The position numbers and the translations under genes are program-made. The notes below the pieces were generated by a model. It was not told where the DNA came from. It saw nothing but the letters and a program-made list of their open reading frames with translations, and did not search any database. From a virus (taxonomy: Duplodnaviria; Caudoviricetes), in the IMG/VR virus record IMGVR_UViG_3300020419_001132: 64,000 nt of DNA; one strand, given 5' to 3'. Each line of letters starts with the position of its first letter. Within the stretch, counting starts at the first letter, position 1. Below, in pieces: positions 1 through 8,456 of this stretch.

Positions 1-131
1 AAAAAAGGATCTGCATTCTGTCTTTTAATTTCTTCTATTAATAGTTCATGTCCAGAGGTGGCAGGATTTAAACGACCAAATGCAAACGCCGCAGTTTTTT
101 TTGGTGCTTCAAATAACTGCCTTAATCTCAT
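1..131 (-). CDS. Cytidyltransferase/nucleotidyltransferase-family protein, N-terminal part (runs off window)
   Basis: Manual translation MRLRQLFEAPKKTAAFAFGRLNPATSGHELL has the FGRxNPxTxGH motif of HIGH-superfamily cytidyltransferases; its ATG overlaps the upstream TGA (ATGA). Confidence 0.8.
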   Translation of the reverse strand, partial: MRLRQLFEAPKKTAAFAFGRLNPATSGHELLIEEIKRQNADPF

Positions 132-2272
132 GTATATTCACCATTGTTAATTTGTTCTATCTCTTCAGAGTAGATTTTATCGTACAATGCTTGTCTATGA
201 TCCTGTTTAAAAACTTCATCTGGCATTTTAGCAACATTATATTTTTTGCAGTAAGAGTTAATGCCATTGTCTACTAATGGCATAACAATCATTTTAGGAT
301 CAAAAACTTTTCTACCTTTAGTAAGTTCTGCAATTTTACACATTGCTGGATAATACTGTTTTCTGTAAAAGTCTCTATCATTTTTCATATGTACGTGTGT
401 ATCGTCTATAACATCAAAATTAAATTGTTGTTCTAAACCTGCTAGTTCAACTATTCTGTATAAATCTTTCATATCTTTACCATCTCTCAAATCATTTTTT
501 CTTTTTGGATCATATTGGTCACCGTCCCATTTACCACTTTTTGTGTTATATTTGATGTTACCTTTGCTATCCATTACGCCTCCCGGATGTACCATTTCTT
601 TTGACTTTGCAATTTTACCATCTGTGCCTCTATAAGAGTCGTACTCAGCTTCTAATTTTTTGTACTCGGGAGAATCCGTATATTCAAAGCCATCTGTCTT
701 GTCACCAAGTGCGTCCATTTGATCTCTTATTTTTTTCTTCTCTGCACGTAGTTTTTGAGTTTCTTTTGTTGCTCTCATAACTTTTGCAAATCTTGTAGTG
801 CTTCCCCCACCTGAGGTGCTTGTTGTATTGCTAGATCCACCTGTTGTTGTAACATTGCTTGTGCTTGTACTGGTAGACGATGATGTGGTTTTGACATCTG
901 CACCACCTTTTTTCATAGCCGCGATTTTGTCTTTGCTTTTTTGCATTGCAGAGTCCATATCGTCGTCATCATCGCCGTCTAGCATTCTATCAAAGTCGTC
1001 TTTTCCATCAGCATCGCGTTTTGTGTTTGTAAACTTGTCTTGCTTTGCCTGCATTGCATCAGCTTCGTCTTTATCTATTTCAACTTCTTTGCCTGTTTTA
1101 GGGTCAGTTTTGTAATATTTTGTTGTACTTTTTTTATTTTTACCTGAGTATCTTCCTTCAGGTTTTTCAGGCAACCCTGTAACACCTGCTTTAACTAGTT
1201 GTTGTTTTATTCTATTGGTGTTCATTAACCTTGCAAAATATCTGTTGCCTTTTACTGCATCTATCAACGCCTGTAGTTCTTGTAATTCAGGTTGACTCAG
1301 TGCTTCGTGTAATAATTTTCCTAGCATACTTTGAAAGTCAATACCTGCAGTTACAGAACTAGAATCTACTTTTTTCAATAAAGCATTTATACGTTTACTA
1401 ACATCGTTTCGCGACATTTGTTTACCATTAATATTAAAAGTATCGTCCTTGGTTGATGCTTTAGTAGTTGCTGTCTTTGTGCCATCTGGGTCTTGTTGTG
1501 CTGGTGTTGCTCCTGTAGTAGCTGGTGCTGTTTTATCAGGAGGTGATACTTTAGGTGCTTTATCTTTAGGATCAGGTGTTGCTGTCTTTGTGCCATCTGG
1601 GTCTTGTTGTGCTGTTGTGGTTCCTGTTGTATCTGATGCTGTTGGAGTGCCTCCAGGTGCAGTAGTTTGTGTTTGTGCATCAGGTGATACTGGTGCTGTT
1701 TGTTGTCCTGTAGTTGTGTCCTGTCCTGCAGGTGTTGCTCCTGTCGTAGCAGGTGCTGTTTTATCCTGAGGAGATACTTTAGGTGTTTTATCCTGGGGGT
1801 TTTGTTGTACTGGAGCTGGTGTTGTAGTTGCACCGGGCGATACTTTATCTTTTGGATTAGGTGCTGGTGCAGTTGTTTGGTTTGCCTGTGTAGTATTTGC
1901 CTGAGCGTCAGCCGGTCCGTCAACACCTTGAGTTGTATTTCCTGATGGCTGAGCTGGTTGTGCTGGAGCCGTCGGAGCAGGTTCTTGTGCGGGTTCTTTT
2001 TGTACACCTGCACTTTGCATAGCCTTCAATGTTCCTGGGCCTGCATCTCCGTCTACTGCTATTCCTTGTTTTTGTTGAAAAGCTCTAACTGCATTGGCAG
2101 TACCTTTTCCGTAAATTCCATCTTCGCCTCCGGCATTAAAGCCGTTAGCATTTAACCATTTTTGTAATTCTACAACTTCAGGCAGTTTGTTAGCACCATA
2201 CCCGCTTTTTTTCCAAAGGCTTTGTGTAGTGTCTACATTAAGTTCTAAAAGGATTTCTGCCCAAGCTACCAT
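128..2272 (-). CDS. Large protein with N-terminal peptidoglycan-binding domain and T/P/A/Q-rich repeats
   Basis: VVELQKWLNANGF..DGIYGKGTANAVRAFQQKQGIAVDGDAGPGT matches PG_binding_1; followed by low-complexity and charged regions. Confidence 0.75.
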   Translation of the reverse strand: MVAWAEILLELNVDTTQSLWKKSGYGANKLPEVVELQKWLNANGFNAGGEDGIYGKGTANAVRAFQQKQGIAVDGDAGPGTLKAMQSAGVQKEPAQEPAPTAPAQPAQPSGNTTQGVDGPADAQANTTQANQTTAPAPNPKDKVSPGATTTPAPVQQNPQDKTPKVSPQDKTAPATTGATPAGQDTTTGQQTAPVSPDAQTQTTAPGGTPTASDTTGTTTAQQDPDGTKTATPDPKDKAPKVSPPDKTAPATTGATPAQQDPDGTKTATTKASTKDDTFNINGKQMSRNDVSKRINALLKKVDSSSVTAGIDFQSMLGKLLHEALSQPELQELQALIDAVKGNRYFARLMNTNRIKQQLVKAGVTGLPEKPEGRYSGKNKKSTTKYYKTDPKTGKEVEIDKDEADAMQAKQDKFTNTKRDADGKDDFDRMLDGDDDDDMDSAMQKSKDKIAAMKKGGADVKTTSSSTSTSTSNVTTTGGSSNTTSTSGGGSTTRFAKVMRATKETQKLRAEKKKIRDQMDALGDKTDGFEYTDSPEYKKLEAEYDSYRGTDGKIAKSKEMVHPGGVMDSKGNIKYNTKSGKWDGDQYDPKRKNDLRDGKDMKDLYRIVELAGLEQQFNFDVIDDTHVHMKNDRDFYRKQYYPAMCKIAELTKGRKVFDPKMIVMPLVDNGINSYCKKYNVAKMPDEVFKQDHRQALYDKIYSEEIEQINNGEYT
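1467..1792. repeat. Intragenic direct repeats in the 714-aa ORF
   Basis: Exact 37-bp repeat at 1467-1503 and 1578-1614 (encodes QQDPDGTKTAT); imperfect ~59-bp repeat at ~1506-1564 and ~1734-1792. Confidence 0.85.
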
Positions 2273-2835
2273 TTTCTACAACTCCAGTAACGAGCCTTAT
2301 GACGCGGTCCTGGATTAGCACAGTTATGTCTTGCTCTAAAGGAACGTCTACGTGCCGGATTAGACTTTTTAATTTTCACGCCTTTTTGCCCAAAGTTAAC
2401 TTTAACTACATTACCTTTTGGATTCTTTACATAGACTTTAAATTTCTTAACATCTCCAGCCATTGGCTTACCAAGTTTGACTTTACGTCCTTGGTATTCT
2501 GCTTCGTCAATAACATCATCTTCGTTAAACCACATAACACCATATTCTGCAAAAAAATCATCGTCATCATCAAATGTAACTTCGTCTAATTCTTCTGCTT
2601 CGTCTGTTGATACTTCTATATCAAAATCTTCGTATCCTTCAGCAAAAAGGTACTTACTTAACCTTTCAGCATATTCGTCTGATTCTTCGTTAGTTAGTTG
2701 TCTAGCTAAAGGTATTTCTAAAACTCTAGCACCCTGTTCTGATTCTAAAACAGTTAGATTTGGAAAAATAGATTCATCTAGGTTTTCGTTTAAATTATCA
2801 TCTTTTTCAAATACTATTCTTACAAAATGTTCCAT
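2266..2835 (-). CDS. Hypothetical protein, acidic N-half and basic C-terminal domain
   Basis: 189-aa ORF; C-terminal KVNFGQKG..RRSFRARHNC..RYWSC domain recognised as common in T4-like marine phages. Confidence 0.65.
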   Translation of the reverse strand: MEHFVRIVFEKDDNLNENLDESIFPNLTVLESEQGARVLEIPLARQLTNEESDEYAERLSKYLFAEGYEDFDIEVSTDEAEELDEVTFDDDDDFFAEYGVMWFNEDDVIDEAEYQGRKVKLGKPMAGDVKKFKVYVKNPKGNVVKVNFGQKGVKIKKSNPARRRSFRARHNCANPGPRHKARYWSCRKW

Positions 2836-2845
2836 TGCTTCGTCC

Positions 2846-3211
2846 TTAATGATTTAAAACAACACCATTTACAGTTCCGTCTGTATAGGTTACTACTATT
2901 CTTATCCACACATAATTACCTGTAACGTTACGTATTGCACTTGTAGTCTGTGTAGATAAAGTGTTAGTATCTACAGTAAACCAGTCTGCTTCTGCTGGTG
3001 TTGTCGCAAGTGTGCCTTGTATTAGTATTGTTCCACTGAATCCATCAAGATTATATTGTATACTATGTAAACCATCAGATCGTCCATAGTATCCATCACC
3101 TTTTAGTTTATCAGATGTATTCGTCACTGACGTGCTGTCACCCGGATGGGTGAAACTAGTGTTGTTTGTTGAGCTTATTACAAAATTAAATGTTTCACTG
3201 TTTGCTGGCAT
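2846..3211 (-). CDS. Hypothetical late (probably virion) protein
   Basis: 121-aa beta-rich ORF directly behind a late-type promoter. Confidence 0.6.
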   Translation of the reverse strand: MPANSETFNFVISSTNNTSFTHPGDSTSVTNTSDKLKGDGYYGRSDGLHSIQYNLDGFSGTILIQGTLATTPAEADWFTVDTNTLSTQTTSAIRNVTGNYVWIRIVVTYTDGTVNGVVLNH

Positions 3212-3215
3212 ACAA

Positions 3216-3890
3216 TTATTTATCTATATTTTGCCTGCTTACCAATTTGTCTATTCTTGCAAAACTAGTGCCAGCAATCAAATTACACAACATCAGAGTT
3301 GAATCATTTTTAGCATACATATATCGTCCAGCAACATAGCCGTTTTTCTTTATTTCATCATTAGTAGCAGGAGTAATTTTAACTTTATTTTTATTTCTCT
3401 CACACCAGTCACCAAATGAAGCTGGAAGAGGATTATTCCCAAATGTAATCTTATATTCATATGGAAAATCACCATTAACAATCATAGTTTTGTGATTATC
3501 CATTAAAAATTGTGCTAGTTTTGGATCTGGCTCATAAAACTCTGTAATAGATGTAATTTTTTTAGCTATACTTTTAAGCCAAGGTTTGTCATTAGAATAA
3601 ACTTTAACAACATTACCTTCACATCTTAACATATACTCATTTGTATACCTAAAACATTCATTAAAAAAAGTTCTTACATCAGTAAACTCGTCTTGTTTTA
3701 TTTGCTTCTCTTTCATAGTCTTTTTAATCCATAGAGGAAGACCAGATTCGTGAGAACGTTGTAAGTCATCTATAATAGACTTCGCATACCTAAAGTTTTT
3801 ATTTCTAAAGATACTAGCTATAGGATTTCTAAATGACATTCCATAAAGATATTTGTTGTAAAATAGTTTTTTTGTTTCAAACTTTTTCAA
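3216..3890 (-). CDS. Hypothetical protein
   Basis: 224-aa ORF overlapping the clpA stop. Confidence 0.65.
   Translation of the reverse strand: MKKFETKKLFYNKYLYGMSFRNPIASIFRNKNFRYAKSIIDDLQRSHESGLPLWIKKTMKEKQIKQDEFTDVRTFFNECFRYTNEYMLRCEGNVVKVYSNDKPWLKSIAKKITSITEFYEPDPKLAQFLMDNHKTMIVNGDFPYEYKITFGNNPLPASFGDWCERNKNKVKITPATNDEIKKNGYVAGRYMYAKNDSTLMLCNLIAGTSFARIDKLVSRQNIDK
3217..3224 (-). promoter_or_regulatory. T4-late-like promoter GATAAATA
   Basis: 5 nt upstream of ATG 3211, no SD. Confidence 0.6.
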
Positions 3891-6114
3891 TTTTTACCTT
3901 TTCGTAATCAAGTTTTATAGATTTACCTTTAACGACAATTTTACATTCGCCGCCTTCTTTTAATTCTCCAAACAACATTGCCCTTGATAAAGGCTTTTTA
4001 ATATCTCTATCAATTACACGTTGTAAGGGTCTTGCACCCATCTTACTGTCGTATCCTTTATCAACAAGATAATCTAAAGCATCATTGTCAATAGTAATTT
4101 TGATGCCTTTTGCTTCTACCTGTGTACGTAATGTTACTAGGAATTTACCAACAACTTTCATCATTACTTCTTTACTTAATTTTCCAAAAGTTACTACTCC
4201 GTCTAATCTATTTCTAAATTCGGGAGCAAAGTATTGTTTTAGTTCAGTATCTTCATATTTGAAGTCAAAGTCGTCGGAAAATCCTATAGACTCTTTTTCA
4301 GCTTGTTCTGCACCTAGGTTTGTTGTTAGTATGACTATAGTGTTACGTGCATCTGCTTCTTTACCATTACTTCCTGTCACTTTTCCGTTGTCCATTATTT
4401 GTAACAGTATTTGTGACACATCAGGATGTGCTTTTTCTATTTCATCTAATAGTAATACACAATTAGGATTTTCTTGTAGTTTAGTAATTAAGAGTCCGTG
4501 ATTTTCTTCGTAACCTACATATCCTGGAGGACTACCAATAAACTTTGCTACTGCATGTTTTTCTTGATATTCACTCATATCGAAACGTACAAGTTTTGTA
4601 CCTAAGTGTTTTGCAAGTTGTTTTGCAGTTTCGGTTTTACCTGTTCCAGTAGGACCCATAAATATAAAACTTCCAATAGGTTTATCTTCATCTTTCAATC
4701 CTGCTTGTGCTACTAGGATCTTATCAACTAAATCTTCTATTGCTTTATCCTGTCCGTACACACTACCTTTAATATTCTTTTCAAGATTTGCTAGGTTCTC
4801 AGTTTCTTTTTCAGCAACCTGTTCAGCAGGTAAATTTACAAGTTTTGCAAGTTCAAACTGAATATTTTCTTCTCCTACATTTCTCTCAATATCTTTTTCT
4901 TTTAGATTAAACCTACTACAAGCTAAATCAATCAAGTCAATAGCTTTATCAGGAAGTTTCTTATCACTTTGATATTTCACACTTAATTTAATTGCTGAGT
5001 CGATTGCATCTTCTGAAATAACTGTGTTATGAAACTCTTCATAATACTTTTTGATACCATTAAGAATATCCATTGTTATTTCTTGTGACGGCTCGTCGAC
5101 TGTAACCCTTTGGAACCTTCTCATTAATGCTCTATCTTTTTCAAAGTATTTTCTATATTCTTCCCAAGTGGTACTTGCAACAACTTTGATATTACCTTTA
5201 CTAAGTGCAGGTTTAAGCATATTAGCAAGATCGTTTGAGTTAGGTCCGCCACCTGATCCTGCTCCACTAATCATGTGTGCTTCGTCAATAAACATTATAG
5301 TTTTGCCTTTACCTCTAAGTCCAGCTAAAACAAGTTTGAACCTTTCTTCAAAGTCACCTCGATACTTAGAACCAGCTAGTAATGATCCTATGTCTAAGTT
5401 GTAAACATTGTATTCTTTTAAAAACTCTGGCACAGTATCATTGACAATATTCCAAGCTAATCCTTCTGCAATAGCAGTTTTACCAACTCCAGGATCACCT
5501 ACTAATAATACGTTGTTCTTGTTACGTCTACCTAATGCAAGTGCAATACTGTCTAGTTCTTCACTTCTTCCAATCACAGGATCAATTTTATTTTTTTGTA
5601 CTTCCTGATTTAGGTTTGTTGTAAATGCTCGTAAAGCCCGTTGTGCCTGTCCTGACATTTCATCTTCAGCTAGATCGTATTCCATTTCATTGCTGAGATA
5701 ATCATTTAATTTATCTTTTTGAACACCGCCTTTTTCTAAGTAGTAGTTTGCAACAGATTTCTTTTCTGATAATACACTTAATACAACGTCTTGTAAGTCA
5801 ATATGCGATCTTCCGCTGAAAAGAGTTTGTGTAAAAGCTCTGTTTAAAACCCTTTCAACTGATTGTGTTTTTTTAGGCTTATGTTTAGGATCATCTATTT
5901 CAATATCCTTACAACTATTTTTTAAATGATGCTCTAAATTAGTTTTGATAAATTCAACATCTGCACCAAAACCTTTCAACAAATTATATAAAGTTTCGCT
6001 ACACATTATACTGAACAATAAATGTTCAATAGTAACGTATTCGTGCTTTAGGTTTTTTGCATCTTTAATTGCTTTTTCAAATACTAATTTTAAATCTTCA
6101 CTAGGTTCTACCAT
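3877..6114 (-). CDS. clpA: ATP-dependent Clp protease ATPase subunit ClpA
   Basis: Clp N-domain, two AAA+ modules (GDPGVGKT, GPTGTGKT), Walker B motifs FIDEAH and LLDEIEK, IGF loop (ESIGF), MGARPL. Confidence 0.95.
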   Translation of the reverse strand: MVEPSEDLKLVFEKAIKDAKNLKHEYVTIEHLLFSIMCSETLYNLLKGFGADVEFIKTNLEHHLKNSCKDIEIDDPKHKPKKTQSVERVLNRAFTQTLFSGRSHIDLQDVVLSVLSEKKSVANYYLEKGGVQKDKLNDYLSNEMEYDLAEDEMSGQAQRALRAFTTNLNQEVQKNKIDPVIGRSEELDSIALALGRRNKNNVLLVGDPGVGKTAIAEGLAWNIVNDTVPEFLKEYNVYNLDIGSLLAGSKYRGDFEERFKLVLAGLRGKGKTIMFIDEAHMISGAGSGGGPNSNDLANMLKPALSKGNIKVVASTTWEEYRKYFEKDRALMRRFQRVTVDEPSQEITMDILNGIKKYYEEFHNTVISEDAIDSAIKLSVKYQSDKKLPDKAIDLIDLACSRFNLKEKDIERNVGEENIQFELAKLVNLPAEQVAEKETENLANLEKNIKGSVYGQDKAIEDLVDKILVAQAGLKDEDKPIGSFIFMGPTGTGKTETAKQLAKHLGTKLVRFDMSEYQEKHAVAKFIGSPPGYVGYEENHGLLITKLQENPNCVLLLDEIEKAHPDVSQILLQIMDNGKVTGSNGKEADARNTIVILTTNLGAEQAEKESIGFSDDFDFKYEDTELKQYFAPEFRNRLDGVVTFGKLSKEVMMKVVGKFLVTLRTQVEAKGIKITIDNDALDYLVDKGYDSKMGARPLQRVIDRDIKKPLSRAMLFGELKEGGECKIVVKGKSIKLDYEKVKIEKV

Positions 6115-6137
6115 TAACGTGTTCCTTTGTTTTCCAT

Positions 6138-6557
6138 TTATTCGTGTTCTCCACCTGGATCATTTGCATCTAATTTTACCTTTTTACCATTTACCCACAT
6201 GTTCTGCCTTGCTCTTGGTCCACTGTTATAACCACTCTTGAAGGTAAATGACTTTACAGTTTTATTTAAGCTATCAGGCCTTTTATCAGCCTCATTAAAG
6301 ATCATAACTGTAATTGCAGTACCTGATATTAGTGCGACGTGAGCTATAGCACTTATGCCAAATGCAGTTATACTTCCAACCATAATTGAAAATATTCCAC
6401 TCCACATAAATGCTAAAATCGTAAACACCATATGTGCTACCCTTGGATCTAGTTTACGTAATGCTGATCCTTCGATTGTCATAATAGAATTCCAAAAGTC
6501 TTTGATTATTACGTATACCAATACAGGAGGGTATGCTTTATAACTATTTTTATTCAT
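6138..6557 (-). CDS. Hypothetical membrane protein
   Basis: 139 aa with two hydrophobic helices; C-terminal GGEHE. Confidence 0.65.
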   Translation of the reverse strand: MNKNSYKAYPPVLVYVIIKDFWNSIMTIEGSALRKLDPRVAHMVFTILAFMWSGIFSIMVGSITAFGISAIAHVALISGTAITVMIFNEADKRPDSLNKTVKSFTFKSGYNSGPRARQNMWVNGKKVKLDANDPGGEHE

Positions 6558-6581
6558 CTTTCAATCTCCTAACTATTATAC

Positions 6582-6609
6582 ATTATACACATATTTAAAA
6601 AAAATGCAA
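6582..6609 (-). promoter_or_regulatory. sigma70-type promoter TTGCAT-N16-TATAAT
   Basis: Intergenic, upstream of the 139-aa ORF and clpA; a second TATAAT lies 7 nt downstream. Confidence 0.5.
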
Positions 6610-6610
6610 G

Positions 6611-7453
6611 TTATTTGGTAATATCTCTCTTTATGTTCTCTATCAGTTGCAGGTTCTTTTCTGATAATTTAGGTGTTTGGCAACCAATTTCAACGTATAA
6701 GTTGCCTCTTTGCTTTGTACGCATTACAGGTATTCCGTATCCATTTATACTAAATGTAGTTCCAGGATTTGTTCCTGTAGGTATTGTCAAACTAATAGAT
6801 TTACCTTCAGGAGTGTTTATGTCTATCTTGGTTCCTGTTAGTAAATCTAACATGCCTACGGATATTTTTGTATATATGTTATTACCGTCAACACGCCATC
6901 CAGGAGGATATCTTACTCTTATTACAACGGATAAGTCTCCCCTTGGTAAGTTAGGTATAGAGTTATCGCCGTATCCTGTAAATCTAAGGGTGTCTCCATC
7001 TTTCATACCTTCTGGTATTCTTACATCTAGTATCTCATTCTGTCCATTGGGCAATTTAAATGTTATAGTGTTTCCACCGCCTGTAAATACATCTTTAAAG
7101 TCTATTGTATAGTTTAGTCTTATATCTTTATTTTTACGAGGACGTTGTTGTGCAAAACCAAATGGACCTCCTCCAAACATTTGTTCAAACACGTCTCCCA
7201 TGTTTCCTGAATTAAAATGAAACGACTGGCTTTGATTTTGATTTACTTGCTGTGGATCAGCTGTACCAAATTGATCGTACATTTGGCGTTTTTGTGTATC
7301 ACTAAGGACTTGATATGCTTCGTTAATTTGTTTAAACTTCTCAGGATCTCCTCCTTTGTCAGGATGGTACTGCATTGCTTTATTTTTGAATGCTGTTTTA
7401 AGTTCTTTGTCTGAGGAAGATTTTGTTACCCCTAGAAGTTCATAGTAGTCCAT
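6611..7453 (-). CDS. dnaJ: DnaJ-family co-chaperone (class II/CbpA-like, no Zn finger)
   Basis: J-domain with HPD motif (YHPDKGG), G/F-rich linker, DnaJ C-terminal domain. Confidence 0.92.
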   Translation of the reverse strand: MDYYELLGVTKSSSDKELKTAFKNKAMQYHPDKGGDPEKFKQINEAYQVLSDTQKRQMYDQFGTADPQQVNQNQSQSFHFNSGNMGDVFEQMFGGGPFGFAQQRPRKNKDIRLNYTIDFKDVFTGGGNTITFKLPNGQNEILDVRIPEGMKDGDTLRFTGYGDNSIPNLPRGDLSVVIRVRYPPGWRVDGNNIYTKISVGMLDLLTGTKIDINTPEGKSISLTIPTGTNPGTTFSINGYGIPVMRTKQRGNLYVEIGCQTPKLSEKNLQLIENIKRDITK

Positions 7454-7462
7454 ACTACTACT

Positions 7463-7470
7463 TATTTAAA
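7463..7470 (-). promoter_or_regulatory. T4-late-like promoter TTTAAATA
   Basis: 9 nt upstream of dnaJ ATG; contains the upstream stop codon. Confidence 0.45.
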
Positions 7471-7915
7471 CGGTAACTTTGCCTTCGGAGATTAGACGTT
7501 CTCTATTTTTTAAATGCTGTGCATCTATTTCGTCTTTAGATCCACCAAAATATGCAACACCGTAGCCGTCATCAATCATAACTTCAGTAAGTTTTCTTTG
7601 TGCGTCTTTCTCACCATGGTATACTAAAAAGTCTCCTAGTATTCTACCAAACTTACCTCTACTGTCTTCACCTGATTTGTCTATGGTAGTTTTTAAAACT
7701 TGTATTGATCCTACAGGTAGATAACTTTTTACATATTCTTTTGATGCAAGGCCAAACTGCTTTTCTACTAAATCTCTAGTTCTAGATTCAGGAGTATCAA
7801 TGCCCATCATTCTCACACGTTCTTTGTGCATCCATACTCCGAATCCTAAGTCGATATCAACGTCAACTGTATCTCCGTCGACTACTCTTAAAATTTTTGC
7901 CTTATACTCATACAT
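7466..7915 (-). CDS. Staphylococcal nuclease-like (SNase/thermonuclease) protein
   Basis: VVDGDTVDV, RMMGIDTPES and GKFGRILG motifs; start moved to ATG 7915 behind an AAGGA SD. Confidence 0.85.
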   Translation of the reverse strand: MYEYKAKILRVVDGDTVDVDIDLGFGVWMHKERVRMMGIDTPESRTRDLVEKQFGLASKEYVKSYLPVGSIQVLKTTIDKSGEDSRGKFGRILGDFLVYHGEKDAQRKLTEVMIDDGYGVAYFGGSKDEIDAQHLKNRERLISEGKVTV

Positions 7916-7928
7916 TTTATAATCCTTT

Positions 7929-8447
7929 TTAGTTTCTATTTGCGAGAGGATTATCAAGAGCTCTTTGTAACTGTTTCTCCATGTCGTCTTGAAGATCTTT
8001 TATTTTACTTTCTAAAAGTTCTTTTGTAGTAGAGTTTTCTCTTATAAGCATGTCCTTTTGTGCAACATATTGGTTTAACAAGTCATCGCGTTTAGTATCG
8101 AATCTAGTTTCAGCATCGTCTATTAATGTTCTTGTTTTAGTTTCAACTTCATTAATATCATCTTCTACTTTGTCTATAATCTTTTCTAACCGCACTATGT
8201 CGTCACGCAGGCCATTCTTAATATCTCTTGAATAATCTAATGCCTCATCTAACTTTGTATTTATAACATCCATACGTGCATTAACTTGGCCAGTATCTAT
8301 GTTGGCAATGATATCTTTCATGTTTGAATAGTCTTTATAAAATTCAAATCCTGCCCATAGTCCTCCACCTAATGTACCCAAAAGAGGTAATATAAGTAGA
8401 AGCTTCCCTCCACTTAATTTAATTCCTCCATATTCAACTTCTGCCAT
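7929..8447 (-). CDS. Membrane-anchored coiled-coil protein
   Basis: N-terminal hydrophobic helix then heptad-rich charged region; AGGAGG SD. Confidence 0.7.
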   Translation of the reverse strand: MAEVEYGGIKLSGGKLLLILPLLGTLGGGLWAGFEFYKDYSNMKDIIANIDTGQVNARMDVINTKLDEALDYSRDIKNGLRDDIVRLEKIIDKVEDDINEVETKTRTLIDDAETRFDTKRDDLLNQYVAQKDMLIRENSTTKELLESKIKDLQDDMEKQLQRALDNPLANRN

Positions 8448-8456
8448 TTTTTCCTC

